NCBI GenBank assembly: GCA_050293845.1
Contig: JBNKNM010000039.1
Coordinates: forward strand, 1 to 35,397
DNA: 35,397 nucleotides
Reading direction: 5' to 3'
DNA from: Pseudobacteriovorax sp.
GTDB lineage: Bacteria; Bdellovibrionota_B; Oligoflexia; Oligoflexales; Oligoflexaceae
Numbering within the stretch: position 1 is the first letter of the stretch; the number at the start of each line of letters is the position of its first letter. Of this stretch, positions 27,923-35,397 are shown piece by piece. Under the pieces are notes generated by a model that did not search any database, was not told where the DNA came from, and saw only the letters and a program-made list of their open reading frames with translations. The translations under genes and the position numbers were made by a program.

Positions 27923-28879
27923 TTGGCGCGTGTTCTCATTTGTATAGCCCTATCTTACTTACAGTTCAGTTGTAGTATAAAAACTTTTGCCATCCGCCAG
28001 CTTGGTCCTATACTTGCTGATGCTTCTCCAAAACTACAGCACGAAAAAAACTGGGAGTTTTTTAAAAATGCTACACCAGGGTCGCTGCAGTTGGTTGAAA
28101 TTCTGCTTGAAAGCGATCCTGGCAACAGAGAGCTGTTAGCTGTTTTAACCAAAGGCTTTGCTGCCTATGGCTACATCGTAAACGATACGGAATATCTACT
28201 CGATAAATTAGCTGAGGAAGATGAATCTCAAGCGAAGAAACGAGCTATCTTTAATTTGTCCAAGGGTCTGCACTATGGGCTTAGCTACCTACAAGACAAG
28301 GGGATTGATCTTCCAGGAATGTTTGCTGCAGCAAGACAGGAGCAGAGTACTTCCTATTTTGACGAGCATCTTGACCCTGATGAAATCTTAGATCTTGAGA
28401 CCGCTTTTTTTACAGGAACTTCATGGCTTTTGCTAGCAAACTTGCGGAAGGATAATATTGAATTAGTTGGGCAGATCAGTACTGCTTTTGAGCTGATCAA
28501 TTGGGTTTGCCACCACGATCCACATTTTCAAAGCGGGCTCTGTACGACAATGACAGCGGTTTTTCATTTAGCGAGACCTAAAGCTTTAGGAGGAAAGCCA
28601 GAATTAGCTCTGAAGTTGTTGCAAACTGCCATGAAACGACACCCCCAGAATCTTTTAATTCCTGTTACTTATTTAGAGTGGTATGTAGTGCCCTTTGCTA
28701 AAGATAAGGAGTATAGGGAGTTAAAAAAATCGTTACAGCAGCAGTTTGCGGTATTTAATGAGAGCTATTTTGTTCCTGGGACGGAGAGGGATGGTCAAAA
28801 TAACCTGCTTAATTTATTCAACGCAATGGCTGAAAAGCGATTCTTGACCTTAGTAAAATTTGAAGACGAACTTTTTTAG
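27923..28879 (+). CDS. TRAP transporter TatT (T) component lipoprotein
   Basis: Lipobox-like FSC/SC; 'PGSLQLVEILLESDPGN', 'RPKALGGKPE'; first gene before dctPQM. Confidence 0.85.
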   Translation: MARVLICIALSYLQFSCSIKTFAIRQLGPILADASPKLQHEKNWEFFKNATPGSLQLVEILLESDPGNRELLAVLTKGFAAYGYIVNDTEYLLDKLAEEDESQAKKRAIFNLSKGLHYGLSYLQDKGIDLPGMFAAARQEQSTSYFDEHLDPDEILDLETAFFTGTSWLLLANLRKDNIELVGQISTAFELINWVCHHDPHFQSGLCTTMTAVFHLARPKALGGKPELALKLLQTAMKRHPQNLLIPVTYLEWYVVPFAKDKEYRELKKSLQQQFAVFNESYFVPGTERDGQNNLLNLFNAMAEKRFLTLVKFEDELF

Positions 28880-28888
28880 GGAACAACA

Positions 28889-29854
28889 ATGAGAAATTTC
28901 TGGCTAAGTCTTTTTGCTATTTGTCTGGGCACTCCGGTATTTGCCAAAACATATAAAATTGGCACCATGATACCTGAGGGAACAAGCTATAGTAATTTGC
29001 TTAAGGAGATGGGTAAAAAGATCAGGAGTGAAACCAAGGGAAAGGTTAAATTTAAGTTTGTGATGGGTGGTGTTGCCGGTGACGAACGCGATGTGGTGAA
29101 CAAAATTCGTGTCGGCCAATTTCATGGTGGGGTTTTTACAGCAAAAACTATAGCTGACGCCTATGGCGATGTGCGGATCATGGAGATCCCTTTTTCATTT
29201 AAGGATCGTTCCCACTCACAGCAAGTGTTGAAGGATTTCATGCCCCACTTTGAAAAAGGCTTGCGGAAGTCTGGCTTTGAATCCCTGGGCCTTTATGAAA
29301 CTGGAGAGATTTATATGGTATCAAAGAATGATATCAAGGATGTCAAAGGTTTAAAGGATCAGAAGCTGTGGCTTTATAATGGGGACAGTCTTGCTGAAGC
29401 ATTTATAAAGTCGATGGATCTCGTGGCTGTACCAGTGACCCTTCCTGATGTGCTCTCATCTCTTTCCACTGGGCTTATCAATACGGCCTATGCACCATCG
29501 ATCGGTATCGTCGCTTTACAGTGGCAGTCTAAGGTGTCTTATCTTATCGAGCCCCCCTTCGCATACCACTTCCAGGGGTTTTTACTCAGCTCTAGAGCAT
29601 GGCGAAAAATTCCTATCGACATTCAAAAAACCGTTAAAAGAATTACCAGTGAATATGCAAAAAAAATTAGCGACGATAATATTAAGGAAGCAGCCAAGGC
29701 ACTTGCTATCATTAAAAAACAAGGTGTAAAAGTGATTCAGTGGCCTGCTAGCGATTTGGAAAAACTAAAATCAATACGGACAGGTGTGCTCAAAGAGTTA
29801 ACAGGGAAAGTTCTTTCCCAAGACATAGTTAAACAATTTAAGACGAAAATGTAG
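28889..29854 (+). CDS. dctP: TRAP transporter substrate-binding protein DctP (TatP type)
   Basis: KIGTMIPEGT, GGVAGDE..KIRVGQ, DVLSSLSTGLI; signal peptide. Confidence 0.92.
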   Translation: MRNFWLSLFAICLGTPVFAKTYKIGTMIPEGTSYSNLLKEMGKKIRSETKGKVKFKFVMGGVAGDERDVVNKIRVGQFHGGVFTAKTIADAYGDVRIMEIPFSFKDRSHSQQVLKDFMPHFEKGLRKSGFESLGLYETGEIYMVSKNDIKDVKGLKDQKLWLYNGDSLAEAFIKSMDLVAVPVTLPDVLSSLSTGLINTAYAPSIGIVALQWQSKVSYLIEPPFAYHFQGFLLSSRAWRKIPIDIQKTVKRITSEYAKKISDDNIKEAAKALAIIKKQGVKVIQWPASDLEKLKSIRTGVLKELTGKVLSQDIVKQFKTKM

Positions 29855-29858
29855 CTGT

Positions 29859-30356
29859 ATGAAAAAAATAGTTCGCTACATTGGTGTAGCTGATGAATTC
29901 TTGGATAAGTTCTGTACATGGGGCTTATTTGTGAGTTTGGGGGTTATGATTGGTTTAACACTACTAAACATAGTGTTGCGCTGGTTTTCTACAACCATTC
30001 TTTGGGTAGAACCCTTTGTTAGGCAACTCGTATTTCTATCAGCTTTTTTAGGTGGGGCTCTCGCTACAGGCTCACGTTCTCATATAGCTATTGACTTAGT
30101 GGGCAGAATCTTAGAAGCCCTTGGTTGGAAAACTGTGAAAGGCATCCTGGATAAGATTATCCTTGGGTTCTGTATCTTTGCCGTTTTCTGGTTAGCGTAT
30201 GCGGGATATCAGTTTACTTTGGTAGAAATGGAATACGGTAAAGAGGAGTTTCTGGGTATCCATAGCTCTGTTCTGGTCGCCATTGTACCTTTTGGCTTGT
30301 TACTGATCGGATTTAGATTCTGCTACCAGTTACTGGCAAGTATTGTAAAGAACTAG
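29859..30356 (+). CDS. dctQ: TRAP transporter small permease
   Basis: 4 TM segments; 'FLGGALAT..SHIAID'. Confidence 0.92.
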   Translation: MKKIVRYIGVADEFLDKFCTWGLFVSLGVMIGLTLLNIVLRWFSTTILWVEPFVRQLVFLSAFLGGALATGSRSHIAIDLVGRILEALGWKTVKGILDKIILGFCIFAVFWLAYAGYQFTLVEMEYGKEEFLGIHSSVLVAIVPFGLLLIGFRFCYQLLASIVKN

Positions 30357-30369
30357 GCTGGGGACAATT

Positions 30370-31641
30370 TTGGCTACGTTAATTTTTATTTCAATTGTTA
30401 TACTAGCGTTATTTGGCGCTCCTATTTTTGCTGTATTCTCGTTATTGGCTCTTTTTGCTTTTTACTTTGCTGATGTGCCAAGTTCTGCTGTGGCTGTAGA
30501 AATGGTGCGACTCTCCAACCATCCTACCTTGTTAGCCATACCAGTTTTTACCTTTGCGGGATATATTTTAGCCGAATCAAAAACTCCTGATCGGCTTTTG
30601 CGCTTAGCTCAAGCTGCTCTAGGTTGGCTGCCTGGAGGGGTTGCTATTGTTAGCTTACTGGTCTGTGCAATTTTTACAGCCTTTACAGGTGGAAGTGGGG
30701 TAACCATTATTGCACTTGGAGGTTTGCTGTTACCGATTCTGTCAAAGCAGGGCTACAGTGAGCATTTTTCTTTGGGATTGATTACAGCATCTGGCTCATT
30801 AGGTTTACTTTTCCCACCATCATTACCAATTATTCTTTATGGCTTGGTTGGAAAGGTTGATATCGATCGATTATTTTTAGCTGGCATTGTGCCATGCTTT
30901 GTTTTGATAGCTATTCTATCCTTATATTCCATTTGGCAAGGCCGCAAAAGTAACTCTCAAAATCAAAACCGCGAGCATTTTAGTTGGGGTTCATTGCGTA
31001 CCGCGCTGTGGGCAGCCAGGTATGAGCTGCCGATACCGGTCTTTGTCCTCGTAGGAATATATGGGGGATTTACGACAGCCTCGGAGACATCGGTAGTTGT
31101 AGCGGCTTATGTCCTAGTGATGAACTGCTTCCTATATGATGATTTGAGTATGTTCCGTGACGTCCCTAAAATAGCCAGAGATAGTATGACCCTTGTGGGT
31201 GCTATCTTGCTTATACTTTGCTGCGCTTTAGGGTTTGTCAATTACATTATCGATGAAGATGTTCCCATGCTCATTCTTGACTTCATGAAGCAGCATGTTG
31301 ATAGTCAGCTCACCTTTTTACTTTGCTTGAATGTATTTCTATTAATCGTTGGCATGATGCTGGATATATTTTCTGCAATTGTAGTGGTTGTTCCCATCAT
31401 CGTACCCATTGCCGCAGAGTTTGGTGTCGATCCTATACATTTAGCCGTGATTTTCCTCACCAATCTTGAAATAGGCTATCTTACCCCTCCGGTAGGTTTG
31501 AATCTTTTCATTTCCAGCTATAGGTTTAATAAACCTGTAACAGAAATCTATAAATCAAGCATTCCTTTCTTAATTCTACTGATTATTGGCTTGGTTGTTA
31601 TTACCTATATTCCAGCTATAACACTGATGTGGGAAAAATAA
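30370..31641 (+). CDS. dctM: TRAP transporter large permease
   Basis: LAIPVF, GLLFPPS, GYLTPPVGLNLF. Confidence 0.95.
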   Translation: MATLIFISIVILALFGAPIFAVFSLLALFAFYFADVPSSAVAVEMVRLSNHPTLLAIPVFTFAGYILAESKTPDRLLRLAQAALGWLPGGVAIVSLLVCAIFTAFTGGSGVTIIALGGLLLPILSKQGYSEHFSLGLITASGSLGLLFPPSLPIILYGLVGKVDIDRLFLAGIVPCFVLIAILSLYSIWQGRKSNSQNQNREHFSWGSLRTALWAARYELPIPVFVLVGIYGGFTTASETSVVVAAYVLVMNCFLYDDLSMFRDVPKIARDSMTLVGAILLILCCALGFVNYIIDEDVPMLILDFMKQHVDSQLTFLLCLNVFLLIVGMMLDIFSAIVVVVPIIVPIAAEFGVDPIHLAVIFLTNLEIGYLTPPVGLNLFISSYRFNKPVTEIYKSSIPFLILLIIGLVVITYIPAITLMWEK

Positions 31642-31644
31642 ACG

Positions 31645-33186
31645 CTATTTGAAACTAGCTGCTAGCTTTAAAGCCTTTTCCAAGGTTATTTTGGGAAAGG
31701 TTTCTAAAGATGTGATCGGGCTACAATTAAATACCCTAATATGATTCAGATTCAGTTTGTGACGAGCTCGCTCAAAGTCCCGTTTCATAAGTGGGAAATC
31801 TGTTTCTGAGAGGCGGGTGGCCCGATAGTCGCGACCAAAAAAATGACTGAGGTCGCGGGTGACTTGTAAATCTAATCCCAAAAAAAATATCTGTTTAAAG
31901 CCCATATATACAGCAATTTGGAGTGCGTAATAGGCAATGCTATGACCCGTATAAATGCCTTCTTCTAGATCAAGGCTAAAACCGTCAAGGCCTAAGTAGT
32001 CTATCATAGTTCCCCACGGACGCCCTTTGAGGGTTATCAAAGAGGGGTGATACTGCAAATCTGTATATTCAGAGAACAAGTTTTGGTCAGTCATACAGTG
32101 GTATTGGCTATGAGGGTATTTCAAAAAGGATCGATTAAGGCCAATAACTATCTGAGAATCCAAGCACGAAAGGTCTAAGCTGGCTAAACTAGGTCCTGAA
32201 GCCAAAATAAAGACACTCTTACCTTTGTGACAGTTTTTAAAGCTTTTAATCGATGGGTAACGAAAACAGCAATTTCTAAATTGATAGGAGGAAACGCGTA
32301 AGGATTGGCTTTTCTCATGTCCGTATAGGTATACACCCCAAATACACTTCCCCTCAGTTATTAAATGGGGTTCTGAGACTAGCGAGCTTTCCTCATCCAT
32401 TTCTTGAAGCAGCTCCCAGTGTTCAAGATTATAACGTGAGCAGTCTGCAATAACAAAACAAGGTTGCTCAGCTTGTGAGTCAGAAGCAGCTATAAAAATG
32501 TTATTACGATAGCTCATTGCACAATACCAGTTCAGATTATCAGGGATGTGGGTATCTTGAGGTGATTGCCATGTTTTACCGGAATCCTCAGATAAACTCA
32601 TAAAAGTTTTTTTATTGGGTGATGAGTCCTTATAGAGAATCCCCCATGAGGTCTCTGCAAACTTTAAAAGCTGTACTTTAGGTCTTGTGTTGCAGTGAAG
32701 TTTATAGGCTACGTTCCAGGTGTCACCATTCTTCGTTTTCAGTAAAAGTATATGATTTTCAGTATATTGAACTGCAATGAGATATAGGCAGTCTGTTGTA
32801 ACTATGGGTGAATTTACAAGTGATATGTTTTTCGGCAGTTGAATGGGGAGGGGGTCTGTAAAACTATGTCCGTTATCATAGGAAATTAGCATGTAATTTG
32901 TCGTATTTTCATTAAGGTCATTTCCTTTTATACCAAAGAATACATAAAGTTGATTATTCCAATAGCAAGTGACGAGCTGGGAAGGTAGCCTTCCTTGAAA
33001 ATGAAATACTACTCTGGGATCTTGCCATTTTTGGTCCGCATATTGAGAAAGGGCTATGGCTACAGAGTTTGAATGCTTTTGATAACAGCTAAAAACACAG
33101 ATTATCTGGCCAAATGGTGTACAAATTATGGATGGATTAGCAGCACCATCAAAAGTGTATGGTAGGCTAATATTGCTTTTATCCAT
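31645..33186 (-). CDS. Fusion protein: N-terminal Asp-box/BNR (sialidase-like) beta-propeller + C-terminal DUF115/MptE-like (Maf-type glycosyltransferase-related) domain
   Basis: Asp boxes SYDNGHSF, TKNGDTW, SEDSGKTW; C-domain KNCHKGKSVFILASGPSL, IGLN, SIAYYALQIAVYMGFKQIFFLGLD, VFNCS. Confidence 0.8.
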   Translation of the reverse strand: MDKSNISLPYTFDGAANPSIICTPFGQIICVFSCYQKHSNSVAIALSQYADQKWQDPRVVFHFQGRLPSQLVTCYWNNQLYVFFGIKGNDLNENTTNYMLISYDNGHSFTDPLPIQLPKNISLVNSPIVTTDCLYLIAVQYTENHILLLKTKNGDTWNVAYKLHCNTRPKVQLLKFAETSWGILYKDSSPNKKTFMSLSEDSGKTWQSPQDTHIPDNLNWYCAMSYRNNIFIAASDSQAEQPCFVIADCSRYNLEHWELLQEMDEESSLVSEPHLITEGKCIWGVYLYGHEKSQSLRVSSYQFRNCCFRYPSIKSFKNCHKGKSVFILASGPSLASLDLSCLDSQIVIGLNRSFLKYPHSQYHCMTDQNLFSEYTDLQYHPSLITLKGRPWGTMIDYLGLDGFSLDLEEGIYTGHSIAYYALQIAVYMGFKQIFFLGLDLQVTRDLSHFFGRDYRATRLSETDFPLMKRDFERARHKLNLNHIRVFNCSPITSLETFPKITLEKALKLAASFK

Positions 33187-33248
33187 AAAATAATCCTTGG
33201 CTAGCGTTTTTATAACACTAATATGAATAATGGTCCCGACTTTGTGTT

Positions 33249-33275
33249 ACTTCGGCAAAAAAAACACACTCATTA
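33249..33275 (-). promoter_or_regulatory. Sigma28 (FliA)-like promoter
   Basis: TAAT-N15-GCCGAAGT versus consensus TAAA-N15-GCCGATAA, about 60 bp upstream of the fusion gene start. Confidence 0.5.
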
Positions 33276-33425
33276 ACCATGGTTAACCGAGATCATTTAT
33301 TTTGCCTGATGTTTGCCTTCGTTCCCACTCAATGTTATTAGGGCATGCTAAAGATTTTCCTCACTGAATTTTAAGGTTTTGGCTATAGGGTAGTTTAGGG
33401 TATTACTTGTACGAGTCCTAGAAAA

Positions 33426-33755
33426 TTATTTTTTTTCGAAAAGAATTTTACATTGAATCAATTCATCAGCGCTCATTTTTAAAGCGTCAGCGATAAAGCG
33501 TGAAGCGGCATTGAAGTCCTTTGCGCTATCCCATATCTGCAAATATATGTTCAGTAGAGTCGCATACTGGTCGTCACCTTCACTTTCCAATGGAAGTGAA
33601 CCCTGTTGTTTGCATATTTCATTGTAACTAAAACTTTGGGATGCAAAGTGCAATTCCCAAAAAAGCAGTCCAAAAAAAGCTTTGAAAACTTCGCGGTTAT
33701 CGCTCAGGTTTTTTTTTATTTCATTAAGTTGTCGTAAATTATCGTGTTTTTCCAA
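33426..33755 (-). CDS. Hypothetical protein
   Basis: 109-aa ORF with GGAG RBS before TTG and protein-like composition; no recognised motif. Confidence 0.65.
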   Translation of the reverse strand: MEKHDNLRQLNEIKKNLSDNREVFKAFFGLLFWELHFASQSFSYNEICKQQGSLPLESEGDDQYATLLNIYLQIWDSAKDFNAASRFIADALKMSADELIQCKILFEKK

Positions 33756-33895
33756 TGGGTCTCCTTTAACTATAAAAATCCAAACTTATGACACAGATTT
33801 GAGTAGTTATCAAGTCTCTGCTCCTGAAAATTCTGCTGGGCATGGTGCGCAGTTAGTATATGTTAAAATTAGCATACTCTTATAGGATTTAAAGG

Positions 33896-35032
33896 TTGCG
33901 GATTTTACTTTACTTATTGTTATATACCATCCCCTTAGACTTTGCTGAAGCTCAGGTGGAGGAGGTACAAGCCAAACTGTGGACTGGTCAGGAATTGTCC
34001 TCTGGTCAAAGTGTATTGGCTTTAAACCTTATTCCCAGTAAATCCTTACTGAATAAGGGTGTTAGGGCTGCAGTATTAAAGCTTTTCGCTGCAAAGAGTA
34101 AAAAGATATACTCTCTAGAATATAATATGAGTATGGATTACAAGAGGGGAGGTAAGTTTTGGATTTTACCTATTGACTCCTATAAAATTTTGCAGTTAAT
34201 TGCTAGCACTTCAAATGAAATTCTCCAATTTCAAGGACCTCACTCAAAAGGTTTTCTTATCACTCCAGAATCTGTGAGTCAGGTAGAAAGATGGTTTGTC
34301 ATAGAAAAAAGTGGGCACAAGTTATCTTTAATTCCCAGGCCAAAGAAATCCCGTAAGCAAACCTCAAAGACAAGACTTGGGAAAAAAGTCAAAAAAACAC
34401 CGCTTTTGCCAAGTAGTAGAAGCAAATCGGTAACTAACAAAGTGACTTCCCCTCCGGTATTACCCAGTAAAGGGCAGGTTAAAGGGGGCACTATGGCTCC
34501 TCCTTCATTACCTAGTTTGAAAAGAGAACCAAAACTTTCGAAACCGACCTCAGAAAAGCCAGTAAAAAAGTTGTCAGGAAGAAAAATTCAAAATGATGTT
34601 ATCACTATACCTAACCGACCGCAAAGAACCCGTCCTAAAATAAATTTGAAGAAAAATCAAACCTCTAGAGAATTTAAAGATATAAGAGCGGTTTATACTT
34701 CCAAGCAAACAATATCAATGTTTTATAAAATAGATTTGAAAAGGTATAATCTCTATGCAGTAAAGATGCAAAAGGTTATTGATCGGGAGAACCAGAAATT
34801 ACGCCAATGTTATAGTGATAGCCTGGAAGATAGGAGTGATGTAAAGGGAAGTATTCATTTTAAATTTTTGTACTCCAAATCAGAGAAGACATTTCGTAAT
34901 TTGAAGGTTGTAAAACAAACTGTAAACGACCCTAAATTTGTTGAGTGTGTTTACTGGAAAATAGCGGCACTGAGTTTTCCTATTCAAGTTGATATCATCG
35001 GAGATTTAACATTCTATTATGATTTAAAATAG
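33896..35032 (+). CDS. AgmX/PglI C-terminal (TonB-C-like) domain protein with Lys/Pro-rich linker
   Basis: Signal peptide; C-terminal 'VIDRENQKLRQCY..L..KGSIHFKF..DPKFVECV..IAALSFP' pattern. Confidence 0.78.
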   Translation: MRILLYLLLYTIPLDFAEAQVEEVQAKLWTGQELSSGQSVLALNLIPSKSLLNKGVRAAVLKLFAAKSKKIYSLEYNMSMDYKRGGKFWILPIDSYKILQLIASTSNEILQFQGPHSKGFLITPESVSQVERWFVIEKSGHKLSLIPRPKKSRKQTSKTRLGKKVKKTPLLPSSRSKSVTNKVTSPPVLPSKGQVKGGTMAPPSLPSLKREPKLSKPTSEKPVKKLSGRKIQNDVITIPNRPQRTRPKINLKKNQTSREFKDIRAVYTSKQTISMFYKIDLKRYNLYAVKMQKVIDRENQKLRQCYSDSLEDRSDVKGSIHFKFLYSKSEKTFRNLKVVKQTVNDPKFVECVYWKIAALSFPIQVDIIGDLTFYYDLK

Positions 35033-35040
35033 GTAAATAT

Positions 35041-35397
35041 ATGAATAATATCAATACTAAGCCATCCAAAAGGAAGCTTACTGGTTTTATCCTTATGCCA
35101 ATGGTTCAGGCAAAAATTGGTCTTTATAGCATTTTTCTATCTGTTCTCTTGGTGGTGGCTATTGCATTGATCCTCTATACGAACTTCGCTGAGTTAGTGA
35201 GTTCCATAATTCTACTTACAGATGCTCCTGAAGAAGTAAAAGCTATATTTGCAGACTACTGGAGTTACACTCAGGTATGGGTATATGTTTCTTTAGGTAT
35301 TTACGTTGCCGCAATGTTAGCTGTCAGTTGGTGGTATACCCATCGGTTCGTAGGGCCATCTATTGCCTTTAAAAAGCACTTAGAGGAAATTGCGGAT
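35041..35397 (+). CDS. Two-TM membrane protein with start of a HAMP-like domain (partial, runs off the window)
   Basis: Open frame from ATG 35041 to window end; two TM segments followed by 'YTHRFVGPSIAFKKHLEEIAD'. Confidence 0.75.
   Translation, partial: MNNINTKPSKRKLTGFILMPMVQAKIGLYSIFLSVLLVVAIALILYTNFAELVSSIILLTDAPEEVKAIFADYWSYTQVWVYVSLGIYVAAMLAVSWWYTHRFVGPSIAFKKHLEEIAD

Noticed and set aside
27923..33186. TRAP transporter plus sialidase-like gene as a sialic acid utilisation locus
   Set aside because: Genes are convergent, DctP appears to lack the carboxylate-binding Arg motif, TatT is present, and no nanA/nanK/nanE genes are seen

Overview
AT-rich (roughly 40% GC by eye) bacterial chromosomal window. 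The gene content (AgmX/PglI C-terminal protein, DUF4953 met-zincin lipoprotein, TPAT transporter, orphan pilin-like gene) suggests Oligoflexia/Bdellovibrionota; this is an inference. The left 13.3 kb is a partly decayed hemicellulose/xylo-oligosaccharide island. It holds a high-GC CBM13-GH97 gene, a TnpB relic, an intact GH43 beta-xylosidase, xylA and a sugar ABC transporter. It also holds three relics not resolved as genes by the ORF track: a probable ROK repressor C-terminal fragment, an internally deleted xylB and a multiply broken GH12 gene. Two near-identical promoter/ROK-type operator sites remain. The right part has an OmpA lipoprotein, a CxxCH lipoprotein, M3 and met-zincin peptidases, a pilin-like gene, a YtrA-type GntR/ABC operon with an unannotated 43-aa membrane peptide, a Fur-boxed Fe3+ ABC operon, ppa and a TatT-DctPQM (TPAT) transporter. 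It ends with an unusual Asp-box propeller + Maf/DUF115-like fusion behind a sigma28-like promoter, an AgmX/PglI-domain protein and a partial HAMP-like membrane protein. No rRNA, tRNA or CRISPR array was seen. All assignments are by motif recognition, without database searches.
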